This document shows, piece after piece, positions 56,533 through 64,000 of a stretch of 64,000 bases of DNA. Source of the DNA: Alphaproteobacteria bacterium (GTDB lineage: Bacteria > Pseudomonadota > Alphaproteobacteria > UBA828); NCBI GenBank assembly GCA_963667785.2, contig CAXXMU010000001.1, forward strand, positions 1,024,001-1,088,000, read 5' to 3'. The position numbers were made by a program, and so were the translations under genes. The stretch's first letter is position 1. Each line of letters begins with the position of its first letter. The notes under the pieces are model-generated. The model saw nothing but the letters and a program-made list of their open reading frames with translations. It made no database searches and was not told the DNA's origin.

Positions 56533-56658
56533 GGGATTCATCCCGGAAACCCGCCCGGATATCCCAGCGGAATCCCACCTTCTTCGGAAAATGTCCCGCG
56601 CGGAATCCCTTGCCATCCCGGCGAATCCCGCATGCCCCTCCTTTTTGGCGAATCCCAC
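56533..56658. repeat. Array of short (GA)ATCCC direct repeats with roughly 10-11 bp phasing
   Basis: ATCCC at 56540, 56561, 56572, 56605, 56615, 56625, 56652; variants at 56548, 56593; inverted GGGATTC at 56533. Confidence 0.6.
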
Positions 56659-56873
56659 TTTCGGTCGCCACATCAGGGCGCGATGCTCTGCCCCCATCGC
56701 GTCGTGGCCGGGCATGACGAGAGCAGGGCGGGCATGACGGTGCGTGGGTGAGAGCGCGCCGCGCGTCCCCGGCCGCGCAGAACGGTCGGGAGGGGGACGC
56801 TAGAGCAAATTCTGGCCAGACGGGGCACGTCCGGTTGTCGCATGCTCCCCCGTTCGTATGCAGTGGGGCTGAA

Positions 56874-57055
56874 GACTCCCCCACCTCTCCCCGGCCCTCT
56901 CCGCCCCCTTCCATGTTCCCTCAGTCGCCGGGCGCTCGCTCCGCGAGCTTGGCTACCGCGCCTTGCGGCGCGAGGGGGCGGAGAGGGAGAGCAGCCGGCG
57001 CCGCCTGCGTTCCCCCTCCGCCTTTGGGGGAGGGGGACAGGGGGAGGTGGGAGTC
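56874..57055. repeat. REP-like composite palindromic element (CCCTCTCC...GGAGAGGG type)
   Basis: Imperfect terminal IR GACTCCCCACCTC.../...GAGGTGGGAGTC; perfect 15-bp IR 56895-56909 / 56973-56987. Confidence 0.7.
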
Positions 57056-57093
57056 GCTCAAGCCGTGGTGACCCGGCGCGGTCGGATATTGCT

Positions 57094-58038
57094 CTAATCC
57101 CCGCTGTCGCGGCGGGCGTCGCGGAGGTGCGCCGCGAGCCCCATCAGGCGCCGATCGCGCCACGCCTGACGCTCGCCGTGCGCCGCCATCGGCAGGCGGG
57201 CCCTGCGCTGGTCGTGCGCCTCGGCGACCACCGCATCCGACAGCGGTGCGGCCGGCTCGCCCTGCCTGACGAACTCGTAGAAGCCGTCGCCGAGGCGGGC
57301 GCAGAAGTCGGTGAGGCCGCCCGGCGCGTTGAGGTCGATGGTCTCGAACGGCCCGATGAAGGCCCAGCGGCGGCCGAGGCCGGCGGAGATCGTCGTGTCG
57401 ATGTCCTCCGCGCTGGCGTAGCCGCCCTCCAGCAGACGGAAGGCCTCCCAGAGCAGCGCCGCCTGCAGCCGGTTGGCGATGAAGCCGTCGATCTCCCGCG
57501 TGAGCCGGACGGGCTTCATGCCGGCCGCCTCCATCAGCGCCCAGCAGCGGGAGACCGTCGCCTCCTCGGTCCAGGGCGCCGGCACCATCTCCACCAGCGG
57601 GATCACGTAGGGCGGGTTGATGGGATGGGCGATGAGGCAGCGCGGGCCGATGCCGAGGCCCTCGGTGAAGGTCGAGCAGGGAATGCCGGAGGACGACGAG
57701 CCGACGACGAGGTCGGGCCCGGCGACGCCGTCGATCTCGGCGTAGACCGCGCGCTTCACGTCGGCGCGCTCGAACACGCTCTCCTGGGCGTAGGTCGCGC
57801 CGTCCAGCGCGTCGGCGAGGTTTGCGGCGGTGGCGATGCGCGCTCTGGCGGCGGCCGGGTCGTCGATCAGCCCGTGGCCCTCGAGCGCTTCGAGGTTGGT
57901 CTCGATGCGCGCGAGCGCGGCCGCGCACTGGCCTTCCGTGTCGTCGTAGAGCGCGACCTCGTGGCCCGCGCGGGCGAAGACGATCGCCCAGGCGCTGCCC
58001 ACCAGGCCGGCGCCGATGATCGCGATCTTCTCGGACAT
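57094..58038 (-). CDS. 3-hydroxyacyl-CoA dehydrogenase family (L-gulonate 3-/carnitine dehydrogenase-like)
   Basis: IIGAGLVG, QESVFE, SSSSG, AHPINPPY.IPLVE, EIDGFIANRLQ, GLGRRWAFIGPFE. Confidence 0.88.
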   Translation of the reverse strand: MSEKIAIIGAGLVGSAWAIVFARAGHEVALYDDTEGQCAAALARIETNLEALEGHGLIDDPAAARARIATAANLADALDGATYAQESVFERADVKRAVYAEIDGVAGPDLVVGSSSSGIPCSTFTEGLGIGPRCLIAHPINPPYVIPLVEMVPAPWTEEATVSRCWALMEAAGMKPVRLTREIDGFIANRLQAALLWEAFRLLEGGYASAEDIDTTISAGLGRRWAFIGPFETIDLNAPGGLTDFCARLGDGFYEFVRQGEPAAPLSDAVVAEAHDQRRARLPMAAHGERQAWRDRRLMGLAAHLRDARRDSGD

Positions 58039-58048
58039 GGCGCTCTCC

Positions 58049-59107
58049 TCAGGCGGCTGCGTCCGCGATGCGGCTGAAGGCGGCGAGCGAGGTCTCGATC
58101 GCCTCCCGGTCGAGGCCGTCGACGATGAAGACGATGTGCGAGCGGCGGTCGTCCCCCGGCCAGGCGGCGAGGTGGATCGGCGGGTGGACGACGTGCTGCA
58201 CGCCGTTGACGATCACCGGCGCGTCCGTGCCGGCGACGTTGAGGATGCCCTTCACGCGCAACACGCGCTCGCCGTGGGTGTGGAGCAGCATGGTCAGCCA
58301 GATGCCGAAGGCGGTCCAGTCGAGCGCGCCCTCGAAGCTGAGCGTGAAGGAGTGGATGGTCTCGTCGTGGCGGGAGACGTCGTGAACGTGGCCCCGCGCG
58401 TGGTCGTGGTCATGGTCGTCGGCCGCCTCGTCGGCCTCGGTCGCGAGCCAGCGTCGCACCTCGGCGCCCTTGGTGCGCGAGTCGTAGACGTCGGCCCGCA
58501 GCAGGCGCCGCACGTCGACCGCGCCGTTCACCGCGGTGATTCGCTCGGCGGTGCGGTTGAGCCGCGCGAGTCGTGCGTCGAGTCGGGCCAGCGTCCCGGC
58601 CTCGGCGATGTCGGACTTGGTCAGCACGATCCTGTCCGCGACCGTCGCCTGCTTGACCGATTCCGGATGGCGGTCGAGCTGGCCGAGCCCGTTCACGCCG
58701 TCGACGGTCGTGATGACCGTGCCGAGCCGGTAGTGGTGCTTCAGCACCGTGTCGGCGCTGAGGGTGAAGAGGATCGGCGCCGGGTCCGCGAGCCCCGTGG
58801 TCTCGACGATCAGCCGCCGGTAGGGCGGAATCTCGCCGCGCGCCCGCCGGCTGTTGAGGTCGATGATCGAGTCCTTGAGATCGCCCCGGATGGTGCAGCA
58901 GAGGCAGCCGCTCTCCAGCAGCACGGTGTTCTCGTCCATCGCCTCGACCAGGAAGTGATCGAGGCCGACGGCGCCGAACTCGTTCACCAGTACCGCGGCG
59001 TCGGCGAGCGAGGGGTGGCGCAGCATGTGGTTGAGCAGCGTCGTCTTGCCGCTGCCGAGGAACCCGGTGACGACGATGACCGGGGTCAGTTGCGCGTAGG
59101 CTGCCAT
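58049..59107 (-). CDS. CobW/COG0523 G3E GTPase metallochaperone
   Basis: TGFLGSGKTT, VNEFG, GCLCCTI (CxCC), ETTGLADP, His-rich linker, LRVKG. Confidence 0.9.
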   Translation of the reverse strand: MAAYAQLTPVIVVTGFLGSGKTTLLNHMLRHPSLADAAVLVNEFGAVGLDHFLVEAMDENTVLLESGCLCCTIRGDLKDSIIDLNSRRARGEIPPYRRLIVETTGLADPAPILFTLSADTVLKHHYRLGTVITTVDGVNGLGQLDRHPESVKQATVADRIVLTKSDIAEAGTLARLDARLARLNRTAERITAVNGAVDVRRLLRADVYDSRTKGAEVRRWLATEADEAADDHDHDHARGHVHDVSRHDETIHSFTLSFEGALDWTAFGIWLTMLLHTHGERVLRVKGILNVAGTDAPVIVNGVQHVVHPPIHLAAWPGDDRRSHIVFIVDGLDREAIETSLAAFSRIADAAA

Positions 59108-59490
59108 CGCGCCTGCGTCCGCCGGCCCCGCGCGCTACGCCCGTCCGGGGCGGCCGCACCCTCGGCCTCGGCGTCGAGCGCCGCCACCAGGGCGGGGTCG
59201 AGCGGGTCCGGCGCCCGCCCCGTCAGCCCCTCGACCGCGGCCCAGAGCCGGGGCAGGTCGGCCGCCATCTCGGTGGCACCCCCGCTCCGCCTGTGCACCA
59301 TGTAATGCGCGCCGGCCCAGTCGTCGGCGGTGCAGCCGTAGGCCGCGAGCACCCGGTTCAGCAGCGCGAGCCGCCAGGTGCGCTCGAGGTGGCGGGCGCG
59401 GCCGGCCGGCGCCGTGCCGCTCCGGCCCGCATCGGTGCCTGCCTCGGTCCAGTGCGGGCCGTCGGTGAGCACGCCGCAGAGCGCGCACAT
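59086..59490 (-). CDS. Hypothetical protein with N-terminal MCxxCG...HW motif
   Basis: MCALCGVLTDGPHW...DW.G..Y...LW....L.GR..DPLDP; lies between deacetylase and CobW genes. Confidence 0.75.
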   Translation of the reverse strand: MCALCGVLTDGPHWTEAGTDAGRSGTAPAGRARHLERTWRLALLNRVLAAYGCTADDWAGAHYMVHRRSGGATEMAADLPRLWAAVEGLTGRAPDPLDPALVAALDAEAEGAAAPDGRSARGRRTQARWQPTRN

Positions 59491-59508
59491 CGCGGGCCGC
59501 CGGGCTAC

Positions 59509-60414
59509 CTACTTCTTCCGGGCGCCCCGCTTGCCCTTGAACGGCCGGCGCTTGATGAAATCGTCGGCGATCTCGTCGAAGGTCGCCCAGATCACCCCCT
59601 CGTGGGCGCTGATGTGGGCGATGATCCGCTCCAGCATGAGGAGCGTCTGGGGTCGGCCGGAGATGTCGGGATGGATGGTCAGCGTGTAGACCGCGTAGTC
59701 CATCTCGCGATAGACCCAGTCGAACTGGTCGCGCCACCAGTCCTCGATGTCGCGCGGGTTGGTCCAGCCGCCGGAGTTCGGCACCTTCTTCATGAACATC
59801 ATCGGCGGCAGGTCGTCGAGGTACCAGCTTCCGGGAATCTGCACGATGGGGAAGGTGGTGCCCTTCTTCATCGGCTTCATCCACGACTTCGCCGGCTTGG
59901 AATAGTCGATCAACGTCCACTCCTCGTTGATCCGCATCCAGTAGGGCTCGAAGTCGTTGTGCATCTGGCTGTGGTCGTACTTGATGCCGCGCTCCATCAG
60001 GAGGTGGGGCGTGTAGGCGCTCATCTCCCACCAGGGCGCGACGTAGCCGGTCGGCGCCTTGCCGGCGAGCTTGGTGACCAGCTCCAGGGTCTTGTCGAGA
60101 ACATCCGCCTCCTGCTCCGGCGTCATCGCGATCGGGTTCTCGTGGGTGTAGCCGTGCAGGCCGATCTCGTGCCCCGCCGCCGCGACCGCCTTCATCTCCT
60201 TCGGGAAGGTCTCGATCGAATGGCCGGGGATGAACCAGCTCGTCTGGATGCCCGCCCGGTCGAAGAGCTTGAGCATGCGGGGGGTGCCGACCTCGGAGGC
60301 GAACACGCCCCGCGAGATGTCGCTCGGCGAATCGCCGCCGGCGTAGGAGCCGATCTGCCCCGCCACCGAATCCACGTCCACGCCGATTGCGACGAAGATT
60401 TCCTTCTTGGCCAT
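59509..60414 (-). CDS. Polysaccharide deacetylase family protein (PgdA/PuuE-like)
   Basis: [50 protein letters not shown]; GGAGG RBS. Confidence 0.9.
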   Translation of the reverse strand: MAKKEIFVAIGVDVDSVAGQIGSYAGGDSPSDISRGVFASEVGTPRMLKLFDRAGIQTSWFIPGHSIETFPKEMKAVAAAGHEIGLHGYTHENPIAMTPEQEADVLDKTLELVTKLAGKAPTGYVAPWWEMSAYTPHLLMERGIKYDHSQMHNDFEPYWMRINEEWTLIDYSKPAKSWMKPMKKGTTFPIVQIPGSWYLDDLPPMMFMKKVPNSGGWTNPRDIEDWWRDQFDWVYREMDYAVYTLTIHPDISGRPQTLLMLERIIAHISAHEGVIWATFDEIADDFIKRRPFKGKRGARKK

Positions 60415-60667
60415 CGCGACCTCCTCTCGGCCTGTCTGGCGCGGAGACTAGCCCGCATTTCTCACCAGGGCCATGGCCCGCGCGGCGCGCGGGGGAGGGA
60501 TCAAAGGAAGCGGGCCGGGAGCAGGCGCCGGCCCGACGCTGCTTCGATGCGGCCTACTAGGCCGTGTTCTCAAAAGACTGTCCGGCACATGGTCTGGATG
60601 CCGATCGGCGCACCAAGCATTTGATAGTCGTAGACCCACCGGCTTCAAGACCGAGGTCTACCGTTCC

Positions 60668-61213
60668 CTATTCGAAGCCGCACTCTTCGGGAGTGGCGCC
60701 GAGGGTCGCCCACACGCTGGCGCGATCCCCGAAGCAGCCGTTGCGCCACTCACCCATGTACTCCACACCGGACTCGTAATGTGCAATTCCGTAGCCGTGC
60801 GCCTGACGGCCTCGAAATTCGCCTTCGTAGCGGCCGCCGGGCCAGGTCAGGACCCCGTAGCCGTAGAACGCGCCCGCCTTCATGCCGCCTTCGTAGGTCT
60901 CCGTGCTGCCATCAGACGATCGCCAGACCAGCCGCCCTTCGCCTTCGGCCTTGCCATCAACGCACCCTCCCGACCACGTGAACGTCTCTCCCGGCTCAGG
61001 ATAAGGGTTGTGAACTTGACAAGATTGGTTCTCGACCACGATCCAGTCGGGGCCGAACGGCTTCATCAGGTCGTCTGCGGATGCTTGGGTCAGGAACATG
61101 AAGCTGATGGCGGCCGCGATCACAGGCATGAGCATTGTTCGGCTCCGGAACGTCGTTGCACGATTTCGGTTCGGGACCACTGACGCGGCATCCTGAATCA
61201 TGGTCCACATCAA
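60668..61213 (-). CDS. MORN repeat-containing protein (start may be 61135)
   Basis: WSGGCVDGKAEGEG, YEGGMKAG..YGYG, YEGEFRGRQAHGYG, YMGEWRNG; hydrophobic leader. Confidence 0.75.
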   Translation of the reverse strand: MMWTMIQDAASVVPNRNRATTFRSRTMLMPVIAAAISFMFLTQASADDLMKPFGPDWIVVENQSCQVHNPYPEPGETFTWSGGCVDGKAEGEGRLVWRSSDGSTETYEGGMKAGAFYGYGVLTWPGGRYEGEFRGRQAHGYGIAHYESGVEYMGEWRNGCFGDRASVWATLGATPEECGFE

Positions 61214-61240
61214 TCGGGACCCCCCTTATGAGTACGCGGC

Positions 61241-63280
61241 CTAGTGTAGGGGCTCCATGGCGGCGGCCGTCTTGGCCAGGCGGACGAGGCCGAGGAACTC
61301 GGCGCGGTAGCCGAACGGGTCCTCGCCTCGCGCGGCCTGGGCGGCGGCGATGACGTCGTCGTAGCCGTATTGCCCGGTGTAGCGCCCGCCCCGCAGGAGC
61401 TGGCCGAAGCCGGCCACGGCCGCGGCGAAGCGGACCTCCCGCGAAGCACTCGCCGCGTTCTCGACCGAATCGGCCTCGCTCACGTGCCGCACGATCTCCG
61501 TGCTGGTCTCGGAGTCGGGCAGCTTGTAGCGGATCGAGACCGTAGCGAGCTCGTCGCCGAAGCCGGCGAGCCGCTCCACGCCCCGGTGCCGGTAGCGGAG
61601 CGGCGCGATGCGCTCGGCGCCCGAGCCCACCGGCGTCACCTCGTAGAGCGCAGTGACCGTGTGGCCGGCGCCGATCTCGCCGGCGTCCACCTTGTCGTTC
61701 CGAAAGTCCTCGCGCTCCAGCATGCGCGTCTCGTAGCCGATCAGCCGGTACTCGCTCACGTTGGCCGGGTTGAACTCCACCTGGATCTTCACGTCCTTGG
61801 CGATGGGGAAGAGGGTCGACGTCACCTCGTCCACCAGCACCTTGCGGGCTTCCGAGAGGGTATCGATATAGGCGGCGTTGCCGTTGCCGTTCTGCGCGAG
61901 CCGCTGCATCAGCGCATCGTTGTAGTTGCCCATGCCGAACCCCAGAACCGAGAGGTAGACGCCGCTCTCGCGCTTGCGCGCGATGTAGCCCTCCAGCGCG
62001 TCCGGATCGGTGATGCCCACGTTGAAGTCCCCGTCGGTGGCGAGGATCACCCGGTTGATGCCGCCCTCCACGAAGCTCCGCTCGGCCAGCAGATAGGCCT
62101 GGCGGATGCCCTCGCCGCCGGCGGTCGAGCCGCCCGCCCGGAGGCGCATGAGGGCGTCCATGATCCTGCCCGGCTCGGAGACGGGCGTCGGCTCCAGCAC
62201 CGTGCCGGCCGTGCCCGCATAGGTGACGATGGCCACGCGGTCCTCCGGCGCCAGCGTGTCCAGCAGCAGCCTGAGCGAGTTGATCAGCAGCGGCAGCTTG
62301 TTGGGCTCGTCCATCGAGCCGGAGGAATCGACGAGAAACACCAGGTTCGCCGGCGGGCGGGCCTCGGGCACGAACGTGTAGCCCTTGATGCCGATGTGCA
62401 TCAGCCGGGTCGCGTCGTTCCAGGGCGTCGGCATCAGCGAGACATGGGCGGCGAAGGGGGTCTCCCGGCTCTCCGGCGGCGCGTAGTCGTAGGCGAAATA
62501 GTTGACGAGCTCCTCGACCCGTACCGCGTCCGGCTGCGGCAGCACGCCCCGATTGAGCGAGGCCCGCATGAAGGCGTAGGAGGCGGTGTCCACGTCTATG
62601 GAAAAGGTGGAGACCGGCTCCTCGGCCACCACCTTCACCGGGTTGGGGTCGAACGCAGTAAACTGATCGCGGCCCTGATCGTGGCGGTCGAAGCCGGATA
62701 CCTGTTCCCTCCCCAGGGAGCGCCCGGACTTGAGCTCCAGCTCCGGAAACGCGCTTGCCAGTCCGGTGCTCAATCCGGACATGAGCGCGGACAGCTCGAG
62801 CATCGCCTCGTCGAACGCGGAGTCGGCCTCGGGGCTCGTCGGCGGCGCGCTCGCCGATTCGGCCACCCTCGCAGCTCGCTCCTCCACGGGCGCGGCGACC
62901 GGCTTCGGTTGCGGGGCGGGCTCGCTCTTGGCGTCGGTGCCCGCGACGTCGGCCTCGACGGCGACCAGCGGGGCGGGCGAAGGCGGCGCGGGCTCGCGCT
63001 GCGAGAGGATCTGGTAGGAGACGACGCCGGCCACGAGCAGCACGGCGGCGACACCGGCGATCGCCGGATAGGGACGGGAGAGCGGCATGACAAGCCTCCT
63101 GAGCCAGGACGTGGCGTCTTGCGCCACACGTCCCGTCCGACGCGCCTGCTCTCCGGATTCTTGGTGGTGCCTGTCGAAGGCAGCCAGCGCCGCGGCGCCC
63201 GCCCGCGCCTGCGCCCCGGGGGGCGGCTGCGGCGCGTTGGCGCGAAGGCTCGACGCCAGTCTTTCGAGTTCGTCGGTCAC
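61241..63280 (-). CDS. vWA domain protein, YfbK/DUF3520 family, single TM
   Basis: STFSIDVDTASY, VRVEELVNYF, NLVFLVDSSGSM (MIDAS), ILATDGDFNVG, EYRLIGYE, DAGEIGAGH; GTG at 63280 overlaps sigma stop. Confidence 0.88.
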   Translation of the reverse strand: MTDELERLASSLRANAPQPPPGAQARAGAAALAAFDRHHQESGEQARRTGRVAQDATSWLRRLVMPLSRPYPAIAGVAAVLLVAGVVSYQILSQREPAPPSPAPLVAVEADVAGTDAKSEPAPQPKPVAAPVEERAARVAESASAPPTSPEADSAFDEAMLELSALMSGLSTGLASAFPELELKSGRSLGREQVSGFDRHDQGRDQFTAFDPNPVKVVAEEPVSTFSIDVDTASYAFMRASLNRGVLPQPDAVRVEELVNYFAYDYAPPESRETPFAAHVSLMPTPWNDATRLMHIGIKGYTFVPEARPPANLVFLVDSSGSMDEPNKLPLLINSLRLLLDTLAPEDRVAIVTYAGTAGTVLEPTPVSEPGRIMDALMRLRAGGSTAGGEGIRQAYLLAERSFVEGGINRVILATDGDFNVGITDPDALEGYIARKRESGVYLSVLGFGMGNYNDALMQRLAQNGNGNAAYIDTLSEARKVLVDEVTSTLFPIAKDVKIQVEFNPANVSEYRLIGYETRMLEREDFRNDKVDAGEIGAGHTVTALYEVTPVGSGAERIAPLRYRHRGVERLAGFGDELATVSIRYKLPDSETSTEIVRHVSEADSVENAASASREVRFAAAVAGFGQLLRGGRYTGQYGYDDVIAAAQAARGEDPFGYRAEFLGLVRLAKTAAAMEPLH

Positions 63281-63822
63281 GGCGCCCTCTCTTCCTCCGC
63301 AGCGACGGCGCGTACGTGCCTGCGCACCTCGTGCATTCGCCACGACACCGTCGATTCGGCCACCCCGAGCACGCTCGCGGCTTCCGCGTGCCGCAACCCC
63401 TCCTCGAGCACGAGAGAGACGGTCAGACGCAGATCGTCCCCGAGCCCGGCCAGCACCTGCCGCAACCACGCGGCCTCGTCGTCGAGCGCAGCCTGTCCCG
63501 CCCGCGTCATCGCATCGACCTCCGCATAGTCCCGCTCGTGTCTCCGCTGGGTGCCGGTGCGCCGCATCCTGTCGCGCGCGGTATTGATCACGACCCGGTA
63601 GAGCCAGGTCGTGAACCGGCTCTCTCCCCGGTAGGACGAGAGCCCGGCCACGAGGCCGACGCAGACGTCCTGCGCCAGGTCCGCCGCTTCCTCGTCGTTG
63701 CCGAGCGCGCGTGTGCCGACGCGGAAGATCAGCCCGTAGTGGCGTTCGACGAGCGCGGCGAACGCCTCCCGGTCTCCCGCGGCGGCCCGGCGGGCCAGCG
63801 CACAGTCCGAGTCTTCCCTCAT
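63277..63822 (-). CDS. ECF RNA polymerase sigma factor
   Basis: GDREAFAALVERH, AADLAQD, FTTWLYRVVIN..RD, EAASVLGVAESTVSWR. Confidence 0.9.
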   Translation of the reverse strand: MREDSDCALARRAAAGDREAFAALVERHYGLIFRVGTRALGNDEEAADLAQDVCVGLVAGLSSYRGESRFTTWLYRVVINTARDRMRRTGTQRRHERDYAEVDAMTRAGQAALDDEAAWLRQVLAGLGDDLRLTVSLVLEEGLRHAEAASVLGVAESTVSWRMHEVRRHVRAVAAEEERAP

Positions 63823-63949
63823 GCGGACGTGATGGTCCGACGTACCGTCATGGTGGAGAGTATGACGCGCGTCGCGCCGGAATCCTTGGGCGGCGGCGGC
63901 CCGGCCCGATCGGCGGCATCGCCCGGGCCGTGTCGTCCAGGGGGCTCGT

Positions 63950-63982
63950 TAGAGCATGTCCGCTTTACACGGAAACGCTCTA
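63950..63982. repeat. TAGAGC...GCTCTA palindrome (RIME/Bru-RS-like small repeat; may extend beyond window)
   Basis: TAGAGCATGTCCG-CTTTACA-CGGAAACGCTCTA, 11/13 arm complementarity. Confidence 0.55.
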
Positions 63983-64000
63983 GCCTCTTTGTCGCTCACG

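Noticed and set aside
56337-57093. CRISPR array or protein-coding gene in the repeat-rich gap
   Set aside because: Repeats are only 5-12 bp with irregular short spacers and no cas genes; ORFs there lack RBS, motifs and typical codon bias.

Overview
GC-rich (roughly 70% by eye) bacterial DNA, most likely an alphaproteobacterium (phaR, aapJ/bztA-type binding protein, alphaproteobacterial palindromic repeats). About 57 CDSs and two tRNAs (Val-CAC, Gly-CCC); I saw no integrase, transposase, rRNA or CRISPR array. The window is dominated by catabolic and transport operons. The top candidate for an undescribed system is a furoate-type catabolic operon (hydrolase-hmfABCDE) that runs with overlapping or near-abutting genes straight into nickel-pincer cofactor genes larC-larE-larB and then glyoxalase I, with no larA-type client enzyme in the window. 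Other candidates: a 71-aa Cys-rich protein heading a hydantoinase/oxoprolinase A-B pair; two ABC-transporter operons containing membrane di-iron desaturase-like enzymes; a deacetylase-MCxxCG-CobW metallochaperone module; a methyltransferase-PPTase-SDR unit with no carrier protein; four stand-alone toxin-antitoxin modules in about 13 kb; and a ~750 bp non-coding region with roughly helically phased ATCCC repeats and nested hairpins. Annotations rest on motif recognition only; no database searches were run.
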